Source of the DNA: Clostridia bacterium
GTDB lineage: Bacteria > Bacillota > Clostridia > TANB77 > CAG-508
Reading direction: 5' to 3'
Assembly: GCA_022794615.1 (NCBI GenBank)
Contig: JAAWFD010000006.1
Span: 1,837 to 65,836 of the forward strand
Length of the DNA: 64,000 bases
Under the pieces are notes generated by a model that did not search any database, was not told where the DNA came from, and worked only from the letters and a program-made list of their open reading frames with translations. Each line of letters opens with the position of its first letter. Position 1 is the stretch's first letter. Made by a program: the position numbers and the translations under genes. Below, piece after piece: positions 18,966-28,709 of this stretch.

Positions 18966-20231
18966 ATGAGAAAGCTATTAAAAAATGCAATAGTATATAC
19001 AAATAACAAATTTGAAAAAGCTGATATAGAAATAACAGATAGCAAAATAACAAAAATAGAAGCAAGCATCGAAGAAGGAGAATTCGATGTTATTTACGAT
19101 TTAAAAAATTTATATTTATTACCAGGTCTAATTGATGTACATACACATCTAAGAGAGCCTGGTTTTATTTATAAAGAGACAATTGCAACAGGAAGTATGG
19201 CAGGAGCAAAAGGAGGATATACGAGTATATGTGCAATGCCAAACTTAAAACCAACGCCAGATTGTTTGGAGAATTTACAAATAGAATTAGATGCGATAAA
19301 AAAAGATGCAAAGATTAATGTATATCCATATGGAACAATAACAAAAGGAGAAAATGGAGAAGAGCTTGCAGATTTTGAAGAAATGCAAAAATATGTAGTA
19401 GGATATTCAGATGATGGAAAAGGTGTACAAAACGAAGAAATGATGTTAGAAGCAATGAAAAAAGCACAAAGTTTAGGAAAAAAGATAGTAGCACACTGTG
19501 AAGAAAATTCATTATTAAATGGAGGATATATACATGATGGACAATATGCAAAGGAGCATGGTCATAAAGGTATATGCTCAGAAAGCGAATGGAGACCAAT
19601 AGCAAGAGACATTGAATTATCAAGAAAAACAGGATGCAATTATCATGTATGTCATATATCAACAAAAGAAAGTGTAGAAATAATAAGAAAAGCAAAAAAA
19701 GAAGGAGTAAAAGTAACTTGTGAAACAGGACCACATTATCTAGTATTAAATGATATGGATTTACAAGAACATGGAAGATTTAAAATGAATCCACCAATTC
19801 GTTCAAAAGAAGACCAAGAGGCCTTGATAAAAGGAATACAAGATGGAACAATAGATATGATAATAACAGACCATGCACCACATTCGAAAGAAGAAAAATC
19901 AAAAGGATTAGCAGGAAGTAGTATGGGAGTAGTAGGATTAGAAGTAGCATTTCCAGTTCTATATACAAATCTAGTAAAAAAAGGAATAATAACACTAGAA
20001 AAATTAATTGAATTAATGAATACAAACCCAAGAAAAATATTTGAAATTGGAACAGAGATAAAAGTAGGAGAAAAAGCAGATTTAACAGTGTATGATTTAA
20101 ATGAAGAATATGACATAGATTCAAACACATTTATATCAATGGGAAAAGCAACACCATTTGATGGAACACATGTATTCGGAAAATGTAAAATGACAATCTG
20201 TAATGGTGAAGTAGTATATAGTGAAATGTAA
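18966..20231 (+). CDS. pyrC: Dihydroorotase
   Basis: Motifs LPGLIDVHTHLREPG and DHAPH are present. The start at ATG 18966 (MRKLLKNAIVY) is preceded by GAAAGGAA; the ORF-track start at 18930 would fall within or very near the start of the predicted transcript. Confidence 0.92.
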   Translation: MRKLLKNAIVYTNNKFEKADIEITDSKITKIEASIEEGEFDVIYDLKNLYLLPGLIDVHTHLREPGFIYKETIATGSMAGAKGGYTSICAMPNLKPTPDCLENLQIELDAIKKDAKINVYPYGTITKGENGEELADFEEMQKYVVGYSDDGKGVQNEEMMLEAMKKAQSLGKKIVAHCEENSLLNGGYIHDGQYAKEHGHKGICSESEWRPIARDIELSRKTGCNYHVCHISTKESVEIIRKAKKEGVKVTCETGPHYLVLNDMDLQEHGRFKMNPPIRSKEDQEALIKGIQDGTIDMIITDHAPHSKEEKSKGLAGSSMGVVGLEVAFPVLYTNLVKKGIITLEKLIELMNTNPRKIFEIGTEIKVGEKADLTVYDLNEEYDIDSNTFISMGKATPFDGTHVFGKCKMTICNGEVVYSEM

Positions 20232-20306
20232 TAGATAGTAACTATGAAAGTTGATAAGCCATAACAAAAATAGGAAACGATAAGTTAGAACTAGAAAGGA
20301 AAAAGT

Positions 20307-21044
20307 ATGTATAAAAGAAATAAATATAAAATAATGTCAAATAAACAAATTGCAAAAAATGTATATGAGATGGTATTAGAAGGAGAAACAACATATATAA
20401 CAAGACCAGGACAATTTATAAATATAGAAATTGATGGATTTTATTTAAGAAGACCAATATCAGTATGTGACTATGATGAAAATACAATAACAATAATATA
20501 TAAAGTAGTAGGAAATGGAACAGAGAAAATGAGTACTTTAAAAGAAGGAAGTATTTTAGATATATTAACGGGATTAGGAAATGGGTTTGAAAAAACGATA
20601 GGTGGAGAAAGACCATTATTAATAGGAGGAGGAGTAGGAACCCCACCAATGTATAACCTTTGTAAAGAATTGATAAAAAGAGAAAGTAAACCAATAGTAG
20701 TAATAGGATTTGGATCAAAAGATGAAGTATTTTATGAAAAAGAATTCAAAAACTTAGGGGCAGAAGTATATGTGTCAACAGTAGATGGAAGCTATGGAAC
20801 AAAAGGATTTGTAACAGATGTAATAAAAAACTTAGAAGGATATACATATTATTACGCATGTGGACCAGAAAACATGTTAAAAGCAGTATATGATGTGGCA
20901 AAAGGAAAAGGAGAACTAAGCTTTGAAGAAAGAATGGGATGTGGATTTGGAGCTTGTATGGGATGTACATGTAAAACAAAATATGGAAATAAAAGGATAT
21001 GCAAAAATGGACCTGTATTAAAAAAAGAAGAAATAATATGGTAA
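20307..21044 (+). CDS. pyrK: Dihydroorotate dehydrogenase electron-transfer subunit
   Basis: It has an FAD/NAD-binding fold and the C-terminal 2Fe-2S motif CGFGACMGCTC...C. Confidence 0.9.
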   Translation: MYKRNKYKIMSNKQIAKNVYEMVLEGETTYITRPGQFINIEIDGFYLRRPISVCDYDENTITIIYKVVGNGTEKMSTLKEGSILDILTGLGNGFEKTIGGERPLLIGGGVGTPPMYNLCKELIKRESKPIVVIGFGSKDEVFYEKEFKNLGAEVYVSTVDGSYGTKGFVTDVIKNLEGYTYYYACGPENMLKAVYDVAKGKGELSFEERMGCGFGACMGCTCKTKYGNKRICKNGPVLKKEEIIW

Positions 21045-21122
21045 CATTTAGTATAAATAATAAAGACATAGATTATACAAAAATGAGAATGAAGATAAAT
21101 ATAAAGAGGGGAAGTAAAGAAA

Positions 21123-22037
21123 TTGGAAGAAAAATTATCAGTAACATTAAGTGGAATAAAATTAAATAATCCAGTAATACCAGCAAGTGGAACATTTGGG
21201 TTTGGATATGAATTTGCAGACTTTTATGATATAAATATTTTAGGGTCAATATCATTTAAAGGAACAACAAAAGATGAAAGATTTGGAAATGCACAACCAA
21301 GAATAGCAGAATGTAAAGAAGGATTAATAAATTCAATAGGATTACAAAATCCAGGAATAGATATGGTAATAGAAAAAGAATTACCTAGATTAAGGAAGGT
21401 ATTTAAAAATCCATTAATAGCAAACATAAGCGGATTTTCAATAGATGAATACACACATTGTTGTGAAAAGATTGATAAACAAGAGCAAGTAGAAATAATA
21501 GAAGTAAATATAAGTTGCCCAAATGTTCACAATGGAGGAATGGCATTTGGAACAAGCACAGAAGCAGCAAAAGAAGTAACAAAAGCAGTGAAGGCAGTAA
21601 CAACAAAGCCAGTATATATAAAATTAACACCTAATGTAAGCAATATAGTAGAAATAGCAAAAGCATGTGAAGATGGTGGAGCAGATGGAATTGTATTAAT
21701 AAATACATTATTAGGAATGAGAATAGACTTAAAGACAAGAAAACCAGTAATAGCAAATAAAATGGGAGGTTTTTCAGGACCTGCAATATTCCCTGTAGCA
21801 GAAAGAATGGTATATCAAGTTTACGAAGCAGTTAATATACCAATTATAGGAGTAGGTGGAATAGAGACAGCAGAAGATGTAATAGAGATGATGCTGGCAG
21901 GAGCAACAGCAGTAGAAGTGGGAGCAGCAAACTTAAAAAATCCATATGCATGTAAAGAAATAATAGAAGATTTACCAAAAGTTATGGAAAAATATAAAAT
22001 AGAAAAGCTTTCTGATATAATAGGGAAAGCACACTAA
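21123..22037 (+). CDS. pyrD: Dihydroorotate dehydrogenase 1B, catalytic subunit
   Basis: NPVIPASGTFGFG, EVNISCPN and GGIETAEDVIEMMLAGATAV are present. The start is TTG. Confidence 0.92.
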   Translation: MEEKLSVTLSGIKLNNPVIPASGTFGFGYEFADFYDINILGSISFKGTTKDERFGNAQPRIAECKEGLINSIGLQNPGIDMVIEKELPRLRKVFKNPLIANISGFSIDEYTHCCEKIDKQEQVEIIEVNISCPNVHNGGMAFGTSTEAAKEVTKAVKAVTTKPVYIKLTPNVSNIVEIAKACEDGGADGIVLINTLLGMRIDLKTRKPVIANKMGGFSGPAIFPVAERMVYQVYEAVNIPIIGVGGIETAEDVIEMMLAGATAVEVGAANLKNPYACKEIIEDLPKVMEKYKIEKLSDIIGKAH

Positions 22038-22047
22038 AAAATATAAA

Positions 22048-22187
22048 TTCAGTTCAGCTTGAAATTATACAGTCCTGTTTAACCGTGATACAACTCAAAA
22101 AATAATTTGATACGCCCTACAGGTACCACCAGATTATTTTTTGAGTGTATCACTAACACGGACCTATAGTATGGTTACTGAACTGTA
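22048..22187. mobile_element. MITE-like palindromic element, long copy, in the pyrD-pyrF spacer
   Basis: The termini TTCAGTTCAG ... CTGAACTGTA are inverted. Inside is a perfect 14-bp inverted repeat, ACTCAAAAAATAAT / ATTATTTTTTGAGT. The left arm matches the copy at 30872-30946 at about 46 of 53 positions by manual alignment. Confidence 0.55.
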
Positions 22188-22203
22188 AAGAAGGAGTAAA
22201 TAG

Positions 22204-22902
22204 ATGGGAAGAGATGTAATAATAGCATGTGACTTTAAAAGCAAAGAAGAAACAATAGAATTTTTAGATAAATTTTCAAAAGAAAAATTATTTTTAAAAA
22301 TAGGAATGGAATTATTTTATGCAGAAGGACCAGACATAGTAAGAGAAATAAAAAGAAGAGGACACAAAATATTTTTAGACTTAAAATTGCATGATATACC
22401 AAATACAGTAAAAAAGGCAATGTCAGTATTATCGAACTTAGATGTAGATATGTGTAATGTACATGCAGCAGGAACAATAGAAATGATGAAATCAGCAATA
22501 GAAGGATTAAAAAAAGAAGATGGAACACGACCACTTTTAATTGCAGTAACACAATTAACATCAACAAGTGAAGAAAGAATGAGACAAGAGTTATTAATAG
22601 AAAGACCAATAGATGAAGTTGTAATAAAATATGCACAAAATTCAAAAGAAGCAGGATTAGATGGTGTAGTATGTTCACCATTAGAAGCAGGAAAAGTAAA
22701 AGAAAATTGTGGAAAAGACTTTTTAACAATAACACCAGGAGTAAGGTTTGAAACAGATGAAGTAGGAGACCAAGTCAGAGTTACAACACCTAAAAAGGCA
22801 AAAGAATTAGGGTCAGATTATATAGTAGTAGGAAGACCAATTACAAAAGCAGAAAATCCAGTAGAAGCATATAAAAGATGTGTAGAAGATTTTTGCAACT
22901 AA
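22204..22902 (+). CDS. pyrF: Orotidine 5-prime-phosphate decarboxylase
   Basis: [18 protein letters not shown] and YIVVGRPI are present. The RBS is AAGGAG. Confidence 0.93.
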   Translation: MGRDVIIACDFKSKEETIEFLDKFSKEKLFLKIGMELFYAEGPDIVREIKRRGHKIFLDLKLHDIPNTVKKAMSVLSNLDVDMCNVHAAGTIEMMKSAIEGLKKEDGTRPLLIAVTQLTSTSEERMRQELLIERPIDEVVIKYAQNSKEAGLDGVVCSPLEAGKVKENCGKDFLTITPGVRFETDEVGDQVRVTTPKKAKELGSDYIVVGRPITKAENPVEAYKRCVEDFCN

Positions 22903-23015
22903 TTTTAAAACATATCAAACTAATCAAATCATAACTAGTTTAAGAAAATATAATTTGTAATTAATATTAAAAAAATATAAAACAAAAAGTAATAAAAAAT
23001 GGAAGGAAGATAAAA

Positions 23016-23657
23016 ATGAAAAATTTTGAAAAAGAAATAGCAAAAGAATTATTAGCAATAGAGGCAATATTTTTAAGACCAGAGGAGCCATTCACATGGG
23101 CAAGTGGAATAAAAAGTCCAATATACTGTGATAATAGATTAACACTTACAGCACCAGAAGTTAGAACAAAAATAGAAAACGCATTAGCAGAAGTAATAAA
23201 AGAAAATTATTCAGATGTAGATGTATTAATGGGAACAAGTACAGCAGGAATACCACATGCAGCAATAACAGCAGACATATTAAAATTACCAATGGGATAT
23301 GTAAGAGGAAGTAGTAAAGACCATGGAAGAAATAATCAGATAGAAGGAAGATTAGAAAAAGGACAAAAGGTAGTAGTTGTAGAAGATTTAATATCAACTG
23401 GCGGAAGTGTAATAGATGTAGTAAATGCATTAAGAGATGCAGGAGCAGAAGTTTTAGGAATTGTAAGCATTTTTACATATAATATGGAAAAGAGCAAAGT
23501 TAAATTAGAAGAAGCGAATGTTAAAAATATAAGCTTATCAAATTTTGATGCTTTAGTAGAAGTTGCAGCTGAAGAAGGGTATATAAATAAAGATTCAATT
23601 CAAAAATTAATTGCATTTAGAAATAATCCTAGTGATGAAAGTTGGATAAATAAATAA
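23016..23657 (+). CDS. pyrE: Orotate phosphoribosyltransferase
   Basis: [16 protein letters not shown] and the PRPP loop [13 protein letters not shown] are present. Confidence 0.93.
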   Translation: MKNFEKEIAKELLAIEAIFLRPEEPFTWASGIKSPIYCDNRLTLTAPEVRTKIENALAEVIKENYSDVDVLMGTSTAGIPHAAITADILKLPMGYVRGSSKDHGRNNQIEGRLEKGQKVVVVEDLISTGGSVIDVVNALRDAGAEVLGIVSIFTYNMEKSKVKLEEANVKNISLSNFDALVEVAAEEGYINKDSIQKLIAFRNNPSDESWINK

Positions 23658-23659
23658 TA

Positions 23660-23686
23660 GTGTCATGGGGACGTTCTTTTTGACAC
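23660..23686 (+). repeat. Palindromic intergenic unit, copy C
   Basis: GTGTCATGGGGACGTTCTTTTTGACAC begins 3 nt after the pyrE stop. It belongs to the same family as the units at 18806 and 18853. Confidence 0.6.
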
Positions 23687-23735
23687 AAATATTTTGTATT
23701 TTCCTTTTGAAAATCAGAATTTATAGTAAAAAATA

Positions 23736-23778
23736 AGGTTTGCAAACTATAATTAATTATAATATAGTTTGCAAACCT
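23736..23778. terminator. Bidirectional terminator
   Basis: AGGTTTGCAAACTATA / TATAGTTTGCAAACCT form a perfect 16-bp stem, with A-rich sequence on the left and T-rich sequence on the right. Confidence 0.7.
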
Positions 23779-23826
23779 GTTTTGTATTCTATAATATTCT
23801 AGTAACAGATAAAACTGTAATTAGAA

Positions 23827-24264
23827 TTAATCTTTATAATAGTTATTACATTCATCACAACATTTGTAGCAATCTTTAGTACATTTATTCATTAAAAGAC
23901 ACATAACAAGTAATAATATACTTATTACTGTTAGTGCAAAGAAAAATCCAATAAAACCAACTAAGAGGATACTAGCAAATGCAGTAGTTAGAGTAATAGA
24001 AAGACCAACTACACCAGTAATAATAGTACCAATAGCACCTATTAGAGCACAAGGACCATTATTACATAAGCATTTTTCTTCGTTACGACCTTTTACTAAT
24101 GAAACAGTTATAACTAAAGATAGTAAGGCAATTGCAGCGAATATTAAAGCAACTATTATTCCAGCAGTAATTGATATTATAGAGCCAATAGAAAATAGAC
24201 CACCTATTACTATACCAATTATAGCACTTATAATTATAGAAATAGCACAATTTTTAGTACACAT
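23827..24264 (-). CDS. Hypothetical four-TM membrane protein with Cys-rich termini and loop
   Basis: The start MCTKNC is preceded by AAAGGGGGGAA. A loop reads CLCNNGPC and the tail reads CLLMNKCTKDCYKCCDECNNYYKD. The longer ORF-track start (24390) would overlap the pheS-leader promoter. Confidence 0.65.
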   Translation of the reverse strand: MCTKNCAISIIISAIIGIVIGGLFSIGSIISITAGIIVALIFAAIALLSLVITVSLVKGRNEEKCLCNNGPCALIGAIGTIITGVVGLSITLTTAFASILLVGFIGFFFALTVISILLLVMCLLMNKCTKDCYKCCDECNNYYKD

Positions 24265-24353
24265 AATAAAAATTCCCCCCTTTGTATATATTATGCAACT
24301 AATTAAATTAAGTTCAATATTTATAAATTTTAGTATAGAGGTATCACAAACCA

Positions 24354-24382
24354 TTGACACTACTAAAAAAATATGGTAATAT
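24354..24382 (+). promoter_or_regulatory. Sigma-A promoter of the T-box leader
   Basis: TTGACA (24354-24359), 17 nt, then TAATAT (24377-24382) with an upstream TGG (extended -10). Confidence 0.5.
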
Positions 24383-24399
24383 ATAAACAAATTTAAAAG

Positions 24400-24693
24400 C
24401 CAAAGAACAAGAAAAGTAAATATATAAAAATCATTACAGAGAGAATATCAAAGGTGAAAGATATTTATGAAAAATATATTGAAGATTCACTTGGGAGGTC
24501 TTCTTTTGAACAACACAAAACAAGAATAACACAATAGAAATAAAAGTAGGAAGAAGCGGGTAGTAACCGTTAAAAACTAAAAAGAGGTTAGATAAATGAA
24601 TTATAATCTAATAAAAATAGGTGGTACCACGAATATCAACATTTCGTCCTATATATTAAATAAAAGTATTTAATATTGGAGAAATGTTTTTTT
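24400..24693 (+). promoter_or_regulatory. T-box riboswitch leader, Phe specifier (UUC)
   Basis: Stem I carries the AGAGA and GGTGAAAG motifs. The specifier TTC at 24486-24488 is followed by A. The T-box sequence AATAGGTGGTACCACG lies at 24615-24631. The terminator pairs CAACATTTC with GAAATGTT and ends in a T-run at 24693. Confidence 0.85.
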
Positions 24694-24747
24694 GAGCTCT
24701 ATAATACTAAAATAAACAATAAAACAAGCAAGAGGAAGTGATGTAAC

Positions 24748-25245
24748 TTGGAAGTAAAAAAATGTCTAGAATACTATTTCGAAAAAGACACGACGAGAGA
24801 AGAAATAATGGAATATATAGAAAAGAAGATATTAGAACTAAAGAAAATAAGCAAAATAAAAAATATAGGAATAAAGATAATACAAAACGAGTATAAAGCA
24901 AAAAGAGCAACAGTAATATTAATAATAAAAAGGAAAACACCTAAGAGAGCTAAAGCAGAAACCAAAAGATACAAAATCAAAAAAGAAGAAAAACAGCCGA
25001 AACAGCAAAAAGAAAAGAAAGAGCAAAATGAAACAAAAGAACTTAAAAAGGAAAAGCAACAAGACAAAAAATTTATAAAAAAAGATGATTATGAAAATAA
25101 AGAAACAGAAAAACACAAAGAAAATCCAGTAAGGAAATATGGGGCATACAAAGATGGAGGCAAATTTGTACCATATCAAGAAAAAAAGAAAGGAAAGGTA
25201 AGAAGATGGAAGGACAAATTAGAGAAATTGAACAAAAATCAATAA
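24748..25245 (+). CDS. Hypothetical Lys/Glu-rich protein between the T-box and pheS, overlapping the pheS start by 40 nt
   Basis: The start is TTG, with GAGGAAG 10 nt upstream. The first ~65 aa have ordinary composition; the rest is a poly-purine low-complexity tract that is open in several frames, so the call is uncertain. Confidence 0.45.
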   Translation: MEVKKCLEYYFEKDTTREEIMEYIEKKILELKKISKIKNIGIKIIQNEYKAKRATVILIIKRKTPKRAKAETKRYKIKKEEKQPKQQKEKKEQNETKELKKEKQQDKKFIKKDDYENKETEKHKENPVRKYGAYKDGGKFVPYQEKKKGKVRRWKDKLEKLNKNQ

Positions 25246-26249
25246 AGGAAATAAATGAAGCTAAAAATTTAAAAGAGCTAAATGATTTAAGAGTTAAATA
25301 TTTAGGAAAAAAGGGAGAATTAACAACAATACTAAGAGGAATGGGAGGACTAACACCAGAAGAAAGACCCAAAATAGGAAGTTTAGTAAATGTAGTAAAA
25401 GCTAATTTAGAAAAAATAATACAAGAGAGAGAAACAAAATATCAAGAGGAAGAATTAAATAAAAAATTAGAAGAAGAGACAATAGACATCACATTACCAA
25501 GTACAAAAACAAAAAGAGGAAGTAAACATCCAATAAATAGAGTAATTGAAGAAATAGAAGACCTATTTGTATCAATGGGATATGATGTAGAGGTAGGACC
25601 AGAGCTAGAGACAGATGAGTTTTGTTTTGAGAGATTAAATTTACCTAAAGGTCATCCTGCTAGAGATATGCAAGACAGTTTTTATATCACAAACGAATAT
25701 TTATTAAGGACACAAACATCAGCAGTACAAGCGAGAACGATGTTAGCAAATGAAGAAAAAACACCAATAAGAATGATATGTGCAGGAAAAACATATAGAA
25801 GAGAAGATGATGCAACACATTCACATCAATTTGGTCAAGTAGAAGGGCTAGTAATAGACAAGAAAGAAAATAATGTATCATTAGCAGACCTAAAAGGAAC
25901 ACTAGAAATATTTGTAAGAAAGTTGATAGGAGAAAACTTAAGTTTAAGATTTAGACCAAGTTATTTCCCATTTACAGAGCCATCATATGAAGTAGATGTA
26001 ACATGCTTTAAATGTGGAGGAAAAGGATGTCCTTTATGCAAGCAAACTGGATGGATAGAAATATTAGGAGCTGGAATAGTACATCCAAATGTATTAAAAA
26101 TGAATGGTTACGACCCAGAAAAATTTGGGGGATTTGCATTTGGAACAGGATTAGATAGATTAGCAATGTTTAAGTATGGTATAACAGATATGAGATATTT
26201 ATACACAAATGATGTAAGATTCTTAAAACAATTTGATAGGAAAGATTAA
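25206..26249 (+). CDS. pheS: Phenylalanyl-tRNA synthetase alpha subunit
   Basis: LRVKYLGKKGELT, HPARDMQDSFY, FRPSYFPFTEPS and GAGIVHPNV are present. Confidence 0.95.
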   Translation: MEGQIREIEQKSIKEINEAKNLKELNDLRVKYLGKKGELTTILRGMGGLTPEERPKIGSLVNVVKANLEKIIQERETKYQEEELNKKLEEETIDITLPSTKTKRGSKHPINRVIEEIEDLFVSMGYDVEVGPELETDEFCFERLNLPKGHPARDMQDSFYITNEYLLRTQTSAVQARTMLANEEKTPIRMICAGKTYRREDDATHSHQFGQVEGLVIDKKENNVSLADLKGTLEIFVRKLIGENLSLRFRPSYFPFTEPSYEVDVTCFKCGGKGCPLCKQTGWIEILGAGIVHPNVLKMNGYDPEKFGGFAFGTGLDRLAMFKYGITDMRYLYTNDVRFLKQFDRKD

Positions 26250-26300
26250 ATAAAAAACATTTAGTGGGATGGATATAAAATTTATTAGGAGGAAAATAAA

Positions 26301-28685
26301 TTGAAATTAAGTACAAATTTTTTGAAAGACTATGTAGACATAGATGTCGATGTAAAAACATTAGCAGAAGATATGACAAGAGTAGGAAATGAATATGATG
26401 AAGCAGAAAATCTAATAAAAGCAACAAACTTAATAATAGGAAAGGTAGTATCATGTAAAGAACATCCAGATTCAGACCATTTACATGTATGCAAAGTAGA
26501 TGTAGGAACAGAAATATTAGACATAGTATGTGGAGCACCAAATGTAAGAGAAGGCCTAAAGGTAATTGTTGCGCAAGTAGGAGCCCAGTTACCAGGAGGA
26601 GAAATAAAAAAAGGTGTAATTAGAGGAGAAACATCAAATGGAATGTTATGCTCAATTGCAGAATTAGGATTAGATAACAAATTCATTAGAGAAGAGGACA
26701 AAGCAGGGATACATGAATTAGCAGAAGATGCACCAGTAGGAGAAGACCCAATTAAATTTATGAAATTAGATGATAGTGTCATAGACTTTGAACTAACTGC
26801 AAATAGAGGAGATTTACTAAGTATATTAGGAATGGCATATGAAGTGGGAGCAATATATGATAAACCAGTAAAAGAGATAGAGACAAAATACACAGAAAAT
26901 GGAAAAAATGTGGAAGATGAATTTTCAATTGACATCAAAACAGAAAACTGCAAATTGTTTTTAGCAAAGAAAATACAAAATGTAACAATAAAACCAAGTC
27001 CAGACTTTATAAAAAATAGATTAATAGCTTCAGGAATAAGACCAATCAATAATGTTGTAGACATTAGTAACTATGTAATGTTAGAAGTTGGGCAACCACT
27101 ACACTTCTATGATGCTAATAGTCTAGGAAATAAAATCATTGTAAGAATGGCAAATAAAGGAGAAAAATTAACAACATTAGATGGAATAGAAAGAGAATTA
27201 AATGATTCAGATATCGTAATAGCAGATGATAATAAAGCAATAGGATTAGCAGGTGTAATGGGAGGGCTAGAGACAGAAGTAGAAGATAATACAAAAAATA
27301 TAGTTATAGAATCAGCAATATTTGATTCAGTAAAAGTAAGAATGACATCAAATAAGATTCTAAGAAGTGAAGCAAGTAACAGATTTGAAAAGGGATTAGA
27401 CCCAAATAGAACATATTTGGCAATAGAAAGAGCATGTTATTTATTAGAAAAATATGCAGATGCAAAGATTATGTCAGGAATGTGTGTATATGATAAGAGT
27501 AATAAACAAGAAAAGGTAATTGAAGTTGAATTTAAAAATATAAACGATGTTCTAGGTACAGAAATTTCAAAAGAAGACATATTAAATGTGTTTAGAAAAT
27601 TAGGTTTTAAATTTACTTCAGATGAAGAAAAAGCAACAGTTACTGTTCCAACAAGAAGACTTGATATCTCAATAAAAGAGGATTTAATAGAAGAAGTTAG
27701 TCGTATATATGGAGTTGATAATATACAAGGTAGATTGCCAATTTTACCAGTTAGGGCTGGAAAAATTGATAAAACATATAGAGAAATTAGAAATAAAATG
27801 ATTTCACTTGGACTAAATGAAACACTATCATATATTTTGATAAATGACAAAGATGTTCATAGATATACTTTAGATGAATTTGAAGAATTAAGATTGTTAG
27901 CACCAATTACAGAAGATAGAAATACATTAAGATATAGCGTAATACCTTCAATGGTTAAGATATATGAATATAATAAAGCTCGTGATAATAAGGATGTATC
28001 AATATTTGAAATAGGTAAGGGATTTTACAAGAAGCAAGATGAGTATGGAGAAAATACAAAGTTATGTGCTTTAATGACAGGAGATTATTATAATGAACTT
28101 GGTGATGTAAAACAATATGATTTCTATGTTGTTAAAGGAATTGCAGAAGAAATACTTGATTATTTAGGATATGAAAAAAGATATAGTTTTGTTAAACAAG
28201 ATAAAATTTTGGCAGAATTTCACCCAGGTCAAACAGCATATATTTCAGTTAATAATGATGTAGTTGGTGTAATAGGAAGGTTACATCCAAATGTAGAGAA
28301 CAATATAAACAATGCAAAGTCACCAGTATATGTACTAGAAATAAATTTAGATAAGTTATTAGAAAAGAAAACAGGAAAGATGAAGTTCAAAGAAATTTCA
28401 AAATTCCCAAGTATTGAAAAAGATGTTGCTTTTGTTGTTGATAAAAATATAACATCTTTAGAAATAGAAATAAATATAAAGAAAGCAGCAGGCTCTATGC
28501 TTGAAAATATTAAACCTTTTGATTTATATATAGGAGAACAACTAGGAGAAAATAAAAAGTCAATAGCTTATTCTTTAACATTCTCAGATTCTAAACGCAC
28601 TTTAACAGAAGAGGAAGTTTTAGAATCAATGCGAAAGGTTATAGATGCAGTTTGCAAAAAATGTGGGGCAGAATGTAGAAAATAA
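26301..28685 (+). CDS. pheT: Phenylalanyl-tRNA synthetase beta subunit
   Basis: An N-terminal tRNA-binding domain (HPDSDHLHVCKVDVG), B3/4, B5 and a C-terminal FDX-ACB region are recognisable. The start is TTG, preceded by GGAGG. Confidence 0.95.
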   Translation: MKLSTNFLKDYVDIDVDVKTLAEDMTRVGNEYDEAENLIKATNLIIGKVVSCKEHPDSDHLHVCKVDVGTEILDIVCGAPNVREGLKVIVAQVGAQLPGGEIKKGVIRGETSNGMLCSIAELGLDNKFIREEDKAGIHELAEDAPVGEDPIKFMKLDDSVIDFELTANRGDLLSILGMAYEVGAIYDKPVKEIETKYTENGKNVEDEFSIDIKTENCKLFLAKKIQNVTIKPSPDFIKNRLIASGIRPINNVVDISNYVMLEVGQPLHFYDANSLGNKIIVRMANKGEKLTTLDGIERELNDSDIVIADDNKAIGLAGVMGGLETEVEDNTKNIVIESAIFDSVKVRMTSNKILRSEASNRFEKGLDPNRTYLAIERACYLLEKYADAKIMSGMCVYDKSNKQEKVIEVEFKNINDVLGTEISKEDILNVFRKLGFKFTSDEEKATVTVPTRRLDISIKEDLIEEVSRIYGVDNIQGRLPILPVRAGKIDKTYREIRNKMISLGLNETLSYILINDKDVHRYTLDEFEELRLLAPITEDRNTLRYSVIPSMVKIYEYNKARDNKDVSIFEIGKGFYKKQDEYGENTKLCALMTGDYYNELGDVKQYDFYVVKGIAEEILDYLGYEKRYSFVKQDKILAEFHPGQTAYISVNNDVVGVIGRLHPNVENNINNAKSPVYVLEINLDKLLEKKTGKMKFKEISKFPSIEKDVAFVVDKNITSLEIEINIKKAAGSMLENIKPFDLYIGEQLGENKKSIAYSLTFSDSKRTLTEEEVLESMRKVIDAVCKKCGAECRK

Positions 28686-28691
28686 TTTTAA

Positions 28692-28709
28692 AGAGGCAGT
28701 ATTGCCTCT
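28692..28709. terminator. Short terminator hairpin between convergent pheT and dtd
   Basis: AGAGGCA-GTAT-TGCCTCT, flanked by A and T runs. Confidence 0.55.
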
